NCBI GenBank assembly: GCA_036867785.1
Contig: CP145410.1
Location: 930,001 to 994,000, forward strand
Source: Plasmodiophora brassicae
Taxonomy: Eukaryota
Direction: 5' to 3'
Length of the DNA stretch: 64,000 nt
A model generated the notes under the pieces. That model ran no database searches and was not told the origin of the DNA. It saw nothing but the letters and a program-made list of their open reading frames with translations. The position numbers and the translations under genes were made by a program. Positions 49,283 to 62,303 of this stretch are shown one piece after another; position 1 is the first letter of the stretch; each line of letters opens with the position of its first letter.

Positions 49283-49991
49283 TTACCGTCGTCGGTGTTG
49301 GTTTCGCTTGGATTTCGACTGAACAGTCTGCCACCCATCGGGATCAATAAGTGGCACGACCTCGGGGACCACTTCATCGTCGTCGTCGTCGTCGTCGTCA
49401 GCGCCATCGACGGCCCTTTCCTCATCGCTAATGTAGGTTGACTTCGGTTTCGGCAACGCAGTCTTGCCTGAACACTGACAGGAGTAAGGAACGGCAGGGA
49501 TAGTTTCACCCTTAGCAATTGCAAGCAGTGTAGGCGGCGATCTGTTCCTATGGATCAGCGTCTTAAGGCCAGAAAAATCAGGCGGGACGACCGTGCAGTC
49601 CGCATGCAATCTGACAACAAGGTCTGCGACCTGAGATGGAGCAAGTCAGATGAAAGCGCTGAGCAAAGGATATACGCTCATACGGTCATACCCATTCAGG
49701 ACTGTCATCCTCCAGTTCACAGTTAAACTTGTTCGCCATGAATAAATCGAGAAAGTCGGCAATATCGAACGGATCGACAGGGTTCCCTTTGCCGAACATC
49801 TTCACCAGCTGGACAAACAGCTCGTTCTGGTTGAGATTGCCGACGGCGTCCGACCCCGCCCATCCATCAGCAATCGCCGTCTGCAGCACGCACCAATCGT
49901 CTAGTGCACAACGCACACCGACCTCGAAAGCACGCTGCGGATGTTGGTTCCAGTCGAAGGATTCCAGCTCCTGACAACTGCAGGGCGACAT
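49283..49991 (-). CDS. TSR2: Pre-rRNA processing protein TSR2
   Basis: FEVGV..ALDDWCVLQTAIADGWAG, FMANKFNCELEDDSPE, and an acidic tail with DPDGWQTV. Confidence 0.87.
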
Positions 49992-50149
49992 GATTGGCGT
50001 CGAGTCCGTCACGGACTTGGATAACTCCGCAACCCAGTACGACGGTAACGACCGTGATGACTGATGATTGATAACCAGGGTGGCGCGCCGTAAACAAGCT
50101 GGCGGTCAGCCCGTGAATAAGCGACGCGTTGGGTAGTTTTCGTGGTTGT

Positions 50150-50444
50150 CATGTCGTCGGAAGCGCGTACAACGGATTTCCAGGCCTCTCACCCGGTTGA
50201 TTGTGCCGTTCGCCCCACCCAGTTCCAACCGCAACACAAGAATGTTGTGGTAGGGGTGGAATTCTGCGTCCACCTTGTCAGGGAGGAGAAGGTCAGCGCG
50301 AAGTGCAAGCCCGCAGCGCGAGTGAAATATTTCTCAGACCCTTTCCGGGCCGACAATTATACCCAGCATCACTTACAGGAGCACCCGGCAAACTGGACTC
50401 GGTACCAGCCATTGAGAAACGGACAGAAAAGGATATTCTTCGAC
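50150..50444 (+). mobile_element. DNA-transposon transposase N-terminal fragment (hAT-like relic), copy 1
   Basis: FCVHLVREEKVSAKCK..RVKYFSDPFRADNYTQHHLQEHPANWTRYQ..QKRIFFD resembles the C..C/H..H N-terminus of protist/oomycete/moss hAT-like transposases (recalled, not searched). Confidence 0.55.
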
Positions 50445-50599
50445 CTGTGATTCAAGCCGGAAACTCTGCCGGAAGGAACAGCCAACGGACGGCTGGTCAA
50501 CGGCCATGTCAAACTGGGCAGGGTTCCTAACGGTTTTTCAGTATTCCGATGTCGACATGCGAAAGACTAACGTGATCAGGCCTGATGTGAATCTCATAC

Positions 50600-50987
50600 T
50601 GTCCAGGTCTGGCGAGTGTTTCGATCTCATGATTGTTGGGGTTCCAGAGCATTTCTGCGATAATGGCATCGACGATTGGCGCATTGATAATGCGAACCGT
50701 AGAGATCTGCGTCGCGCCAAAGTACCGATATAGAGTGGCTCTCACAGGACGCACGTCGTCGAAGAATATCCTTTTCTGTTCGTTGCTCAGTGGCTGGTAC
50801 CGAGTCCAGTTTGCCAGGTGCTGCTGTAAGGAATGCTGGGTTTAATTGTCGGCCCGGAAAGGGTGTGTGAAATATTTCACTCGCGTTGTGGGCTTGCGCT
50901 TCGCGCCGACTTGCTGGAAACACGTCAGGTTGTCGGTAGCGGAAATGTTGGCGCTGGGACGCAACGGTGGCTTGAGAAGTCGACATG
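50600..50987 (-). mobile_element. DNA-transposon transposase N-terminal fragment, copy 2 (inverted, in-frame stop)
   Basis: VGAKRKPTTRVKYFTHPFRADN*TQHSLQQHLANWTRYQ..QKRIFFDD, followed by INAPIVDAIIAEMLWNP. Reverse complement of copy 1 over about 150 bp. Confidence 0.6.
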
Positions 50988-51629
50988 ACGGAGTTATACT
51001 TCTGTAGCGAGGACGCCGCTTGATGAACTTTGAGGACGCATCGCCCAATGTGGCTGGCCCTCCAACTGTTCGATAAGTATCAGCTATTTTATTCAGCACG
51101 TCAAGTTTCCACTGATGCCCTTGCTGTAGTGCACCCAGTTGGCGCAGAGATCTGTTCTGCCGAATGGCAGGTGTTTGATAGCGGATCCGGGCCTCTGGCC
51201 ATGTAACTGGCTGTGTGTGTGGGCGTGGCAGTCGAGCAACGGGAAATGCTTACTGGAATGATCCCGAACAGGTCTTTAAAGAGCATGCCCAAAGTTACGC
51301 GTTATCGCTAATCTATTCCCGCTGGGAAGCACAAGCTTATTGAAATGCTCCCGAACAACCTTTAAGGTACCCTTGTGACGCGACTGCATTACGCTGGACA
51401 GGCAGCGAGGGATCCCGAACTATGCTACAGTATAGGTAGTACCAGGCCGCGTCGGGCACGATCTTGTGTGACGCGCATGTCTTCTCACCCGACCGACCGC
51501 TCCGGACGATCCCCTGGTACTCTAGATTAAGAAAGAGTCGCTGAGCCATTGTCGTATTGGTCGCGCCGCCACGTTGTCGGCGTTCCCGGAGGAAGTGACA
51601 TCGATCTGGCGCTGGGGTTGTCTCCAGTG

Positions 51630-54600
51630 ATGGCGGTCAGTCCGGCCCCAACCGAGGACCGCTGGCAACAATCAGCCACGGCGCCGTCGTTCTTCACGCA
51701 CGTGCGCGTCCTGGTCTACAAGAATGCCCTGTTGAAGATGAGGAACCCGTGGGCCTTGTTGCTCGAGCTACTCCTGCCGTTCGCATGCCTCGGGCTGCTT
51801 GTCTGGATCCGAACCAAAGTTCCGTCGACCGCAATCCCTGCGTCGATCGACACGAAATCGTTACCCATCGCCGCCAACGGGACCGCGCCAGCGTTCTTGC
51901 GCAACATCGCCAGCGGGCAAATCCTCGTCATCGCCCCACCTCAGGGGGCATTAAGTGAAGCTCTTCTCGCAAACTTTCAGACCGCGCTCCAGCCACTCGG
52001 GAAGGCAGCCTCTGTGGTTACGATGGCCGATAACGCGGCAATCGAATCGTACATCGACGATGCCGGCTATGCGAAGACGAAACCGCAGATCGTTGCTGCA
52101 ATCATCGTCAATAGTCAAGGCACGTGAGACCGGCTCCGCTCCCGGCCATAGCTCTCCTGACAGCCTCGATTCTTAGGTCCCGCCTTCCAGTACACGATTC
52201 GCATGAATGCTACTGGCCGTGGGTTTGGTGGCGGCGCTGTCCCTATCACCCAGGGGAACATCGAACCGTTCTACATCCAGAACGTTGACACGCAGTTCCA
52301 GACGTATTATGCTGGAGGGTTTATATTCCTGCAAACGGTCATTGATCAGACGATCTGGGCGCTGTCGAACGCCCACATGACGACGTACCCGGCGTTTGTG
52401 GCGCAAGAGTTCCCTGAACTTCCCATCTCCACTGACAACTTTGCGCGTCTGGCTGGTTTCCTGCTCCCCTTGCTGGTTGTATTCGGATACACGTACACGG
52501 TAACGCGCGTCTCCAAGTGCCTGATGGAAGAGAAAGAGGCGCGCATCGCAGAGGGGCTGAAGGTACCTCGCGTGCGTTGAATGGCCCCACCGTGGTAACA
52601 CATTTTCGACAGGTGATCGGTGTCAGCGACCTTGCCCTCCTGCTTTCCCACTTCATTGTATACATGGTCGTGTTCGCCCTCCAGGCTGGATTGATCACCC
52701 TGATTTCCAAACCGTATTCGAATCGGTTCTCCGATCCGTTCCTCGTGTGGCTCCTGTACTTCGAATTCGGCGCCTGTGGCATTTTCCCCATCGCGTTCTT
52801 CATGACACCGTTCTTTACTCGTCAACGAGTGGCATCCATGTTCACTGCCGTTCTGTTCATCGTGATGACGTTTGTGTCATTCGCCACCACCGACATGGGT
52901 CGTTCTGGTCTTCTCGGCGTAAGCCTCCTCCCACCAGTTGCGTTTTCCCAAGGCGTATCCCTCCTCGCCCAGGCCGATTCGGGTAATTATCTTTGCACCA
53001 TAATGAACGCTGCATTCTGCAATGAATATAAACGACTGACGTGCAGGGAGCCTGGGAATCACGTTCAGTAACCTGGACACCCAGTTCAACGGGATCTCGC
53101 TGGGCGATATGCTTGGGTTTCTCGCCCTAGACTTCATTATCTTTACGTGTACGTGAACGGCTGCCGCCTCTGCGCGTCACTCGGCCTGATGAAACGCCAT
53201 GTAGTGATCGCCGTATACCTCGGCAAAGTTCTCCCATCGACGTACGGTGTCGCATTGCCCTGGAACTTCTTCCTGAAGAAGTCGTACTGGATCCGCCCTC
53301 CGGTCGAAACGGCGGCGACCACCTCGAAGGACTACCCAAAGAAGGTTGACGGCGACGGCAGAGACGTGTTCGAGGCTCCCAAATCGACAGCGCCCGTCAC
53401 CGTCTCGATTCGCAAGCTTCGTCGCACGTTCAACAAAGGCGGTACCGTTGCGGTGAGCGACCTCGACCTGGACCTGCACCTCGGCGAGATCTTCGGATTG
53501 CTCGGGCATAACGGGGCCGGAAAGACAACCACGATTTCAATGCTGAGCGGTACGCAGACGGGAACGTATGCCTGCAACCGAAGCGCTTATCAGCTCTCCA
53601 GGGTTCATTGCGCCTGAAAGTGGCACGGCCACCGTGTTCGGCTCTTCGCTGAGCCACGACGTCGCGGGCGTTCGCCGAAGCCTGGGGTACTGCCCGCAGC
53701 ACGACACGCTCTATGCTCAGCTGTACGACTGTGCGGTGGGGCGTGCTGATCATGCTCTGACCTTGGCACAGGACCGTCCAGGAGCACCTGGAGATGTTCG
53801 GCCTGCTGAAAGGCGTCCCTCGCGGCAGCATCCAGGAGGCCGTCAAACAGGTCGTCGAGACAATCGGCCTGACCGAGAAGGTCAAGACGCCTTCGGCGAA
53901 TTTATCAGGAGGGCAGAAGCGTAAACTCAGCATTGGAATGGTACCGTGCTGTTGTTTGCACCACGTATAATTCAACACGTTGACCCGTCTGGCTCTGTGC
54001 AGGCGCTGATTGGCGACAGCAAACTGATCCTACTGGACGAGGTACATCAGATCCTGTAATGCTATGGGCTCGACGGTGATACGTTTGCCAGCCAACGTCT
54101 GGGATGGACCCGTACTCGCGACGTTCGACATGGGAAATGATCAAGCGTGCCCGCCAGGGGCGCACCATCCTCCTGACGACCCATTTCATGGACGAGTAAG
54201 TCGCCACACTGCCCATGCGGGCTGGGTCTAACTCCCCGTTAGGGCCGACCAGTTATCCGACCGGATCGGCATCATGGCACACGGCGAGCTTCAGTGCCTG
54301 GGAACGTCTCTGTTCCTGAAGAGGCTGTTTGGCGTCGGGTACACGCTAACGCTGAGCAAGTCCGGCCAGATGGGATCGGGGACGGAGTAAGCCTGGAATC
54401 GACTGGCACGGTTTGCATGTCGCTGACCCGTGTGTACGAAGCACTGCCGCTGTGTCTGACATCGTCAGGACCCACGTGCCCGGGTCGGAATTGCTGTCCG
54501 ATGTCGCTGCCGAGATGGCGTTCCGCCTACCGCTATCGCATGCGTCCAAGTTCCCCGGCATGTTCGACGATATCGACAGCAAGCGTGGCGTACTGGTTAG

Positions 54601-57600
54601 CTAGGGCGTATCCGTCCGACGTTTGCTACCGCTCAGATGTCGCAGGGGATCGGCAGCTATGGTGTATCGGTGACGACCCTGTCGGAGGTGTTCCTTCGGG
54701 TCGGCAACGATGTTGCCTTGAACCGTCAGTCGGCCAGGAACCTGGTCCGGGAGATGTCCAGGAAATCGCAGCGACGCCTGGCAGGCGCCGATACGCCTGG
54801 AATGCGCCCCGAAGTGAAGAACCTGTTCTTTCGGCACATCAAAGCCATGCTCTGGAAGCGGTTCTACAGTGCCAAGCGCGACCGCAAGGTTTTACTCTGG
54901 CAGATTATCAGTACGTCAAACTCGCAGGGCGTATCCGTCCATTGCCGGCCCTGACTAGTCTGACAGTTCCCATCGTCCTGCTTGTTCTCGGCCTGTTCCT
55001 GGTCGACCTTGTACGTTGTCATCCGGGCACGCGCGATCGGTCTCACACGTGCGACACAGGGCATCCGAACAAAGTTCCCCGCTGTCCTATTGACAGAGGA
55101 CTCACAGTTCGGCTCCAGCACGGTCTTCCCATACGGCGCCACGAACAACGCCGGCACGTTCAAATCCGTTCTGGACAGCGTCAAGCCTCCGCCGACGATG
55201 ATGTACCTGCCGAGTGCGACGTCGAAGGCCGACGTCATGAACGAGCTGCTGGCGAACTACCCGAACGGGCAACCGCGCTATGGTGCCGCGTTCGTGTCGA
55301 GCCAAGGCCTGACCCTGCTGTTCAACACGAGCGGCTACCACTCGCTGCCGGCCCATATCAGCATGCTCAGCAACGCCGTCCTGCAGATGGCATCGCCGAC
55401 GTCGTCGATTCAGCTGACGGCACAGGCGCTTCCATTAACGCCTGCCCAGAAGAGCCGCTCCAGCGCCTTGCTTGCGCTGATCCTGTAAGTTGTCCCGTCC
55501 CCAATGATCGTGAAGCCCTGGACATAAACCTGAACCTGGTCGACAGGGGGCTCGCATTCGCGTTCATTCCTGCATCGTTCGCCGCTTTCGTCATTCGTGA
55601 GCGGGAAACGCAGGTATTGCAGCAGCAGCTGGTGTCGGGCGTCAGTACGACGGCCTACTGGATCAGCACCTGGATCTGGGACTTCATCTCCGTCATGGTG
55701 CCCAGCGTCGTCTGCATTGCCCTGCTGTACGCGTTCCAAGTCACGCAGCTGACCGACGACGGGACCATGGGCCCCGCTGTGCTGATTCTCGTCTTGTTCG
55801 CCCTCGCCAGTACGCATGCGCGCCGGTTGGATTGCACACCCAGCGCTCAGGGGGCACGATTGGAACAGTCTGCCCGTTCACGTACATCATCAGCTATTTC
55901 TTCAAGGACTCGAACTCGGGCCAGACCGTGATCCTGTTCGTGTACATCATCACCGTCAGCGGCCTGCTGATCGCGCACGGCATCATGTCGGTGCCCCAGC
56001 TGGGCGTTACGGTACGCGAATGGCCCGGGCTTCCCCGTCGTTTCGCGCTCCCTGATTTGCCCTGCAGGACGTCGACAACGTCCTGATCTGGATCTATTAC
56101 CTGTTCCCGACGTTCTCGATGGCACAGGGCTTGTCCAACCTGATGAGCCGCTCGTCGACGTTAACGTTGAGCAACAAAGTCCCTGGCGTACGTCGCAACG
56201 ACTGGCACCGTTTTACCGTACCGGTGGTTCACCGCTCTCATCGTCGTTGGCTCGTTGCAGATCTGGGACATGGACGTCTCCGGCAAAGTGCTGATCTACC
56301 TGTGCAGCGAGATCGTTGGGTACTTCGCCATACTCCTGCTCATCGAATACGTTCGCCGGACGCCGCGCCTGCTGGCAATCATCTCCCGGGACCGGTTCCT
56401 GGACGTGCGCCCAGTCGATGGCACGCCCGACGAGATCGACGTCGACGTCGCTGCTGAAAAGCAGCGGGTCCAGTCCGGCGGCGCCGACAAGGACGTCATT
56501 GTCCTTCGCGGCCTTCGAAAAGTGTATCCGTCTCCTACAGGCGTCAAGGTGGCCGTTAAGGACCAGTGGTTCGGGATCCCCTCTGGCGAATGCTTCGGGT
56601 TCCTCGGCGTTAACGGGGCAGGTCAGTCATGGCGACGGGCAACCGTGACGAGTCTGTTCGACGGTTGAGCCTCGTTCTCAGGGAAGACGACCACGATCCA
56701 GATGCTGACGGGTGACGTAGTCCCGACCAGCGGGACGGCTCACCTGTTGGGCCTGGAGATCACCCAGGAGCAGCGACGTGCCCGACAGCTGATCGGGTAC
56801 TGCCCACAGTTCGACGCCTGTCAGTTACCTGCTGTGTGTGATATAGCTGCTGAGCGACGCGAGTGACCCCATTCTGTCCAGTGATCCACTTGATGACGGC
56901 TCGCGAGCACCTGCACATGTACGCCGACATCAAGGGCGTGCCCGTTGCTGATGTCGGCCCAATGGTCGACGAGCTGATCGAGCAGCTGGGCCTGCAAATG
57001 TACGCCGACCTTCCATGCGGTGGGTATTCGGGCGGCAACCGGCGCAAACTGTCGGTCGGCCTGGCCCTGATCGGGTCGCCTCCGCTCGTCTTCCTTGGTA
57101 TGAACGTCCCATCATCACTGATCACGTACGCCGTATCTGGACACTGACAGCGTGCTAACAGATGAACCGTCCACCGTACGAACGCCTGACTTGTGCAGGT
57201 GGACTTTTGACTAACTTCACCCGTCCGTTCCCAGGGAATGGACCCGAAATCGCGCCGGTCGCTGTGGGACTTGATCTGCCAGACCATGTCAGGGAAGAGC
57301 GTCATTCTGACAACGCACAGCATGGTCCCGTTTGGCCGTTGTCGGCGCGGTTCGCTATAGCTGATTTGCCGTGCCGATTAGGAGGAGTGCGAAGCCCTGT
57401 GCACCAGAGTCGGTATTCAGGTCAGTGGCCGACTCAGCTGTCTGGGAACGCCGCAGCACCTGAAGGACCGGTTCGGCGACGCGTACCAAGTCGAACTGAA
57501 CGTCGTGGAAGGCAGGTTGGACGAAGCGCCAGCGTTCATGAAGTTGTCGTTCCCGGATTCGGCCTTGGTTGAGGAGCAGGGTTCCAACCTGAAGTACCGC

Positions 57601-57807
57601 GTGCCGAAGGGACGGTCGCTGGGCGACATGTTCCGCATCATCGAGACCGGGGCAACGACATTGTTCGACTCGTACTCGGTGTCGGACGTGACGCTCGAGC
57701 AGATCTTTATCCAGTTTGCAAGCAAGCAAACGGAGGAGCTTGGTCACGTGCGCGGCTTAGTGGACCACGTGACCGTCAATGTTCGCCCAGACGCTCCTCA
57801 GGCCTGA
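51630..57807 (+). CDS. Full-length ABCA-subfamily transporter, many introns
   Basis: [35 protein letters not shown]1 [33 protein letters not shown]2 [41 protein letters not shown]. Confidence 0.95.
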
Positions 57808-57938
57808 CCTGCTGCAACGTTCGCCACATCGTTACAGATCTTCTCCCCTGTTTACGTTTCTATTGCCCAGACTGTCCAGTACACCAATTCGGTTGCGGGG
57901 AAGGGCGTGCGACAGTCCCATACGTTAACGTGTATTCA

Positions 57939-59645
57939 TCAGAACTGCTGAGTCAGCTGACTGAGTGGCAGCCCCAGATGCAGCCTGTATATGGCGTCGG
58001 CTATCAGTGGGGCGACGTTTAGATAGAGAAGCTTCGGCGACTGCGCATGCTACGTGCAAACGTGTGTTAGATCACAGATGGGCCCAGAAGCACGAGGCGC
58101 ACCTCAGGCCGAGACAGCGTGTTTGTCAGGACGAGCTCCTGGACGGGCGATCCTTCCAATGTCGAATCGATATCTTTGTTGGACAGCACACTACCGGCAA
58201 AGTCAGTTACGTACTGAATTCAACGTAACATGCTATAACCCTCTACCCACCCATGCGTGGTGCAAGCGAATATACGGTTTGCGCCATGACGCTTAATCGT
58301 CCAGGCAGCCAGCTTGAGACGGGAGCCCGTATCGGTAATGTCGTCCACGATTATGCAGTCGCAATCGCGAACGTCGCCTACCAGTGTCATGGTTTCCTGG
58401 GTCTCAGTCGTCAGGGACACGCAAGGAATCTGGTGATGCGGTCGGCCACCCACCTTCTCGTGGACCCGATGGTGCTCTTGCCCTGACACAATCATACCAC
58501 GGCTGTCGGTCGGTGACACGAACGCAAGTCCAGCCTCTACGAGCCACCGTCGGAGGGCGCTTATGCAGGCCCGATTTGTATCGTACCTATCCCTTGCACG
58601 AGCAGTTCATCTCGGAAGCGGTTAACTCGCTGGAGACCAGTACCGCTGGTGCTGACAACAACGGGACGGTGCAAATTACGACGAACGAAATGCGGGGCGA
58701 ATAGCTGCCATGAAGCAATCAGCGGGCCGCCGCGACAGACCCCCCGAAGGAGATGGTGAACAAACCTCATGCACCACACTCAGGTTGTCGACTGGCGTTA
58801 ATTTACTATCACCATTGTCCGTTCAGCAGGGCGAATGGCGATCCGCCCAACGACGTACCTGAAGAAGCCCTGGATCTGGCCGCTGTGGAGGTCGATCGAA
58901 ACGGCACGATCGACGCCAACGGCCTCGAGCATACGAGCAACGTCGGCGGCGGCGATTGTGTCGCGGGACTGGCCTAACACGCACGCCCAACGTATCAGTC
59001 GGCTGACACAACCAAGCGTGCCCGGCGCTCGCTCACGTTTCCGATCCTGCCTCGAGTACCCAAAGTACGGTATAACGACGGTGATGTTCTTGGCAGACGC
59101 CCGACGCATGGCAGAGACCAGCAGCTGACGGGCGCGCGTCGATCAGTTTGGCGGCGGGAGGCGCGCACGCAGGCCTACCAGAAGTTCGACAATGTTATCG
59201 TTGATGGGCGGCCCTGTCGACTGGATGATGTAGACGTCCTTGCCTCGGACGTTCTCCTCGACGCGGATCGAGACCTGCCAGCAACCGTTAGACCGGAGCA
59301 GGCCGAGGCGAACGCGATCGCTCAGCACCTCGCCGTCTGTGAACCGCGTCACCGTCAGACCGCCCAGCGGCACCCTCAGCATATCAGCGACGTCTTTCGC
59401 CAGCGCCTGGCTCGCTGAACCGCTAAACAGTCGCAGCCTGCCCGCCGAGAGCATCAGCTCGTGCCGCCCGTTGGGCGCCTGGCCACGTACCGATCCCGGT
59501 CCACATCCAGGTCGGTGGGCGCTTCGGCCAGCGCCGCCCTCGACCGGCGTCCTGCCCATGGCGACGCCGCCAGCGACCAGCAGCCGGCGGCGGCGGCGGC
59601 AACCCCGGCGGTCGCCCCCAGGCGCCGCCACGCACGGCTCCACAT
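57939..59645 (-). CDS. Ribose-phosphate pyrophosphokinase (PRPS)-like protein with an N-terminal presequence
   Basis: [74 protein letters not shown]. Several catalytic positions are degenerate. Confidence 0.9.
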
Positions 59646-59724
59646 GACGACACTGTCGGCCGCCGCCGCCCCCTGTCGCACCGCCGAATCGCACGCGGGG
59701 CAGCGGGCGCCAACGCTCGCTTCA

Positions 59725-60685
59725 TTAGAAATAGACAATCAGGAAGACGAGGATGACCAGGATGATAAATAGGATGATGATGGCGATGAGCTTGCCGCAA
59801 TCTGGGCGTGGGACGACCGACATCCATCAGAAACGCGGGTCGGCGGTGGCAGGCGCGTACAACGGGGACCTACTGGACGACCCGAGCAGCTTGTCCAGCT
59901 TCCTCATGACGACCTCCATGCGGTCCGCCGTCTCGTCCAGCTCCTGGTTCAGCTCGCCGAGCAGGTTGTTCTGCGCCTCCAGCTCCTCGTGGACCTGGTC
60001 GCCCATGACGCCCAGCCGCTGCAGCGACCGCAGCATGTCGTCCAGATGCACGTCCTGCTCCTGCTCCAGCATCTGTGCGCTACCTCGTTAGCCGCAAGGC
60101 CACCCGTACGGGACGCGTCGTCGGGCGCCGACCTGCTGCGCCTCCGGGACGGTCCTGTCCGGTGAGGGATCCAGTTCGACGGTGACATCGTCGTCCCTGG
60201 CCGCGTTCCTGGCCGTCGTCCGCCGCCCAACGCTGTGGTTCCTGACCGTGTCGCGAACGTCCCGCACGACGGCCTTGGCGTCGTTCACGAACTTCTTCCT
60301 GGTGAACAGCTCCTGGTCGTCGATGTGCGGGAACTTGGATCGCTCCCGTTCGACCGTGTCGATCGTGCTGGACAGACGCGCCAGCAACGCCTCGATGGTC
60401 TTGACACGCGCCTTCACGGCGCGCTTGGCCCGGTTGATCTCGGCGTCGCTGGGCGCATCGTGGCGCTCGACGACGGCGGACCACTGGTCCCGGTCACCGA
60501 TCAGCAAACGGATCGCGTTCTGGGCCTCACTGCAGCACAGGACGGGGGGGCAATCAGACGACACATGCTCGGCGAGGCGATGCGAATGCTCGACAGGTTT
60601 ACGCTCGGAATGCGGGGAACGGGTCCAGGTTGGTGACGGACGGGCGCGGCGAGTGATCCAGGTCATGGTATTCGACGTCGGCCAT
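59725..60685 (-). CDS. Syntaxin-6/Tlg1/SYP61-like Qc-SNARE
   Basis: DPFPAFR N-terminus, KFPHIDDQELFTRKKFV, SNARE motif EQDVHLDDM..EELEAQNNLL, C-terminal TM LIAIIILFIILVILVFLIVYF*. Confidence 0.92.
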
Positions 60686-61314
60686 GCTGGGGTACGCTCC
60701 CGCCGCCCGTACCAGGATGCCCTACGTACACTAGTGGCCGATTGACAACTCCAGCCCGGCCGGGGGTTGCGCGCCCACTCACCGCCCCCTGGAAGCAACA
60801 CGCCTGGCAATTGCTGGGCGCCCGCCGCATTCGACCAGGCCTGCCACCTCCTCCCTGGCATGCGAGAACCATCGCACTCACTGACGTATATGAGGACGGT
60901 GACGTCGTCGGCAGCGACGACGACTCGGACGAGGGTACCGCAGGCGGGTCGAGGTCGCCCTCTCCATGTCTCGACGTAGACGACCCGTCGTCGTTTGCTG
61001 CTGCTGCTGCTTGTCAACGGGATCCTGATTCGGGGCGTGACGAGGAGGATTGACGAGGAACCGATGCGATCATGTTAGATGGGGGAACCCTGAGCAGCCG
61101 TTTACGCTCGGGACGAGACGATAGCCGGGGACGGTAATACATTCCTGCTGCACACCTGACTCCAGCGAAGCGCGGGTCCTTCCACCAAACATGTTCGTCT
61201 GCTCATCGTTGGCAAGAGGAGGTGTCCGATTGAGGGGCGGTGTCAATGGAAGCGCTTCAGTTTTAGAAAACGACAATTGAAATCGCCGGACGGCCATCAG
61301 ACGATTCGTGTGGC

Positions 61315-62028
61315 TCAGGCGCGTTCCTCGCCCTTGGCCTTGGCGGCAGACGAGCGCGTGCTTCGCGTGGTGGACTTCAGCGTTTCCGGGTCGACCTCGT
61401 CCATGGCAATGTCGTCTTCGGGGCGCTCCTCGTCGTCCTCCTCGTCGTCCTCGTCCTCGTCGTCGTCTTCCTCAGCGTCATCCTCCTCGGCGTCAAAGTC
61501 CTTGTCTTCCTCATCGTCCTCCTCCATCAGCTCGGCGCTCTCCTCGCCAATCTTCTCGAGGTCGGACTTGAGCGACTGGATCGGGCCAGTCTCTTCCTCC
61601 TCGTCGATTTCGACGGCGTCGATCGACTCGGAGCTGAAGCGCTCCCACTCCTCCTTGGTGAAGTTCGACGGCCGCGCGTGATCATCCATGCGCAGCAGGA
61701 GAATGTTGCCATAGACGACCGACTTGCTGAACGGCACCTGAAGCTTGTGCGTGTTCTGGGCCCAGTCGTCATCGCGCACCTTGGAACACATGATCACGAC
61801 ATTGATCTGCGGCCACTGCCCGACGAACGTCGGGTTGCCGTTCAGCAGCGTGGCCGCCGCGTTCACCTTCGGGGTCGTGTCCACGGACACCTGCTCGACG
61901 GCCCCGTCCGGCTTCAGCAGCACGGCCGTCACCGTCGGTCCCTCCATGCTCATCACCGATGCGATCGTCGACGCGTTCAGCTCCGTCCCCGTCATCGACA
62001 TCGACTTGGCCACGTCCGACGACGACAT
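61315..62028 (-). CDS. DUF5880-like domain with a long acidic tail, intronless
   Basis: NTHKLQVPFSKSVVYGNILLLRMD..NFTKEEWERF followed by about 45 mostly D/E residues and a short basic C-terminus. Confidence 0.7.
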   Translation of the reverse strand: MSSSDVAKSMSMTGTELNASTIASVMSMEGPTVTAVLLKPDGAVEQVSVDTTPKVNAAATLLNGNPTFVGQWPQINVVIMCSKVRDDDWAQNTHKLQVPFSKSVVYGNILLLRMDDHARPSNFTKEEWERFSSESIDAVEIDEEEETGPIQSLKSDLEKIGEESAELMEEDDEEDKDFDAEEDDAEEDDDEDEDDEEDDEERPEDDIAMDEVDPETLKSTTRSTRSSAAKAKGEERA

Positions 62029-62303
62029 CCTTCGACAGCCCCCCGCACAACGACGAATGACGGCACGCCGTACTCCGCAGCGCCACCAAACGCCGTGACA
62101 CTGACACTGCGCTGTCGCTGCCGGCGGCGGCTGCCCCCACCCACGGCCCCCACCACCAATCGGACACCCATTTTTGGAAGCGCCACTCAGCTGATGCCAA
62201 CTGTGAAGAACGTGGCCCCTCCTTCGAACGCATTGCTACCTATCGGGCTGCCGATAACCTGGGGCCAGTGGCCGCAGACCCGTCGAGCCACATGTGCAGG
62301 GGT

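Noticed and set aside
60742-61053. Acidic-tailed plus-strand ORF and a (gct)n run
   Set aside because: No ATG start or family similarity; cannot be supported as a gene.
61425-61530. (tcg/tcc)n repeat-like tract, also 49376-49398
   Set aside because: These encode Asp/Glu runs of real proteins; not an array or CRISPR.
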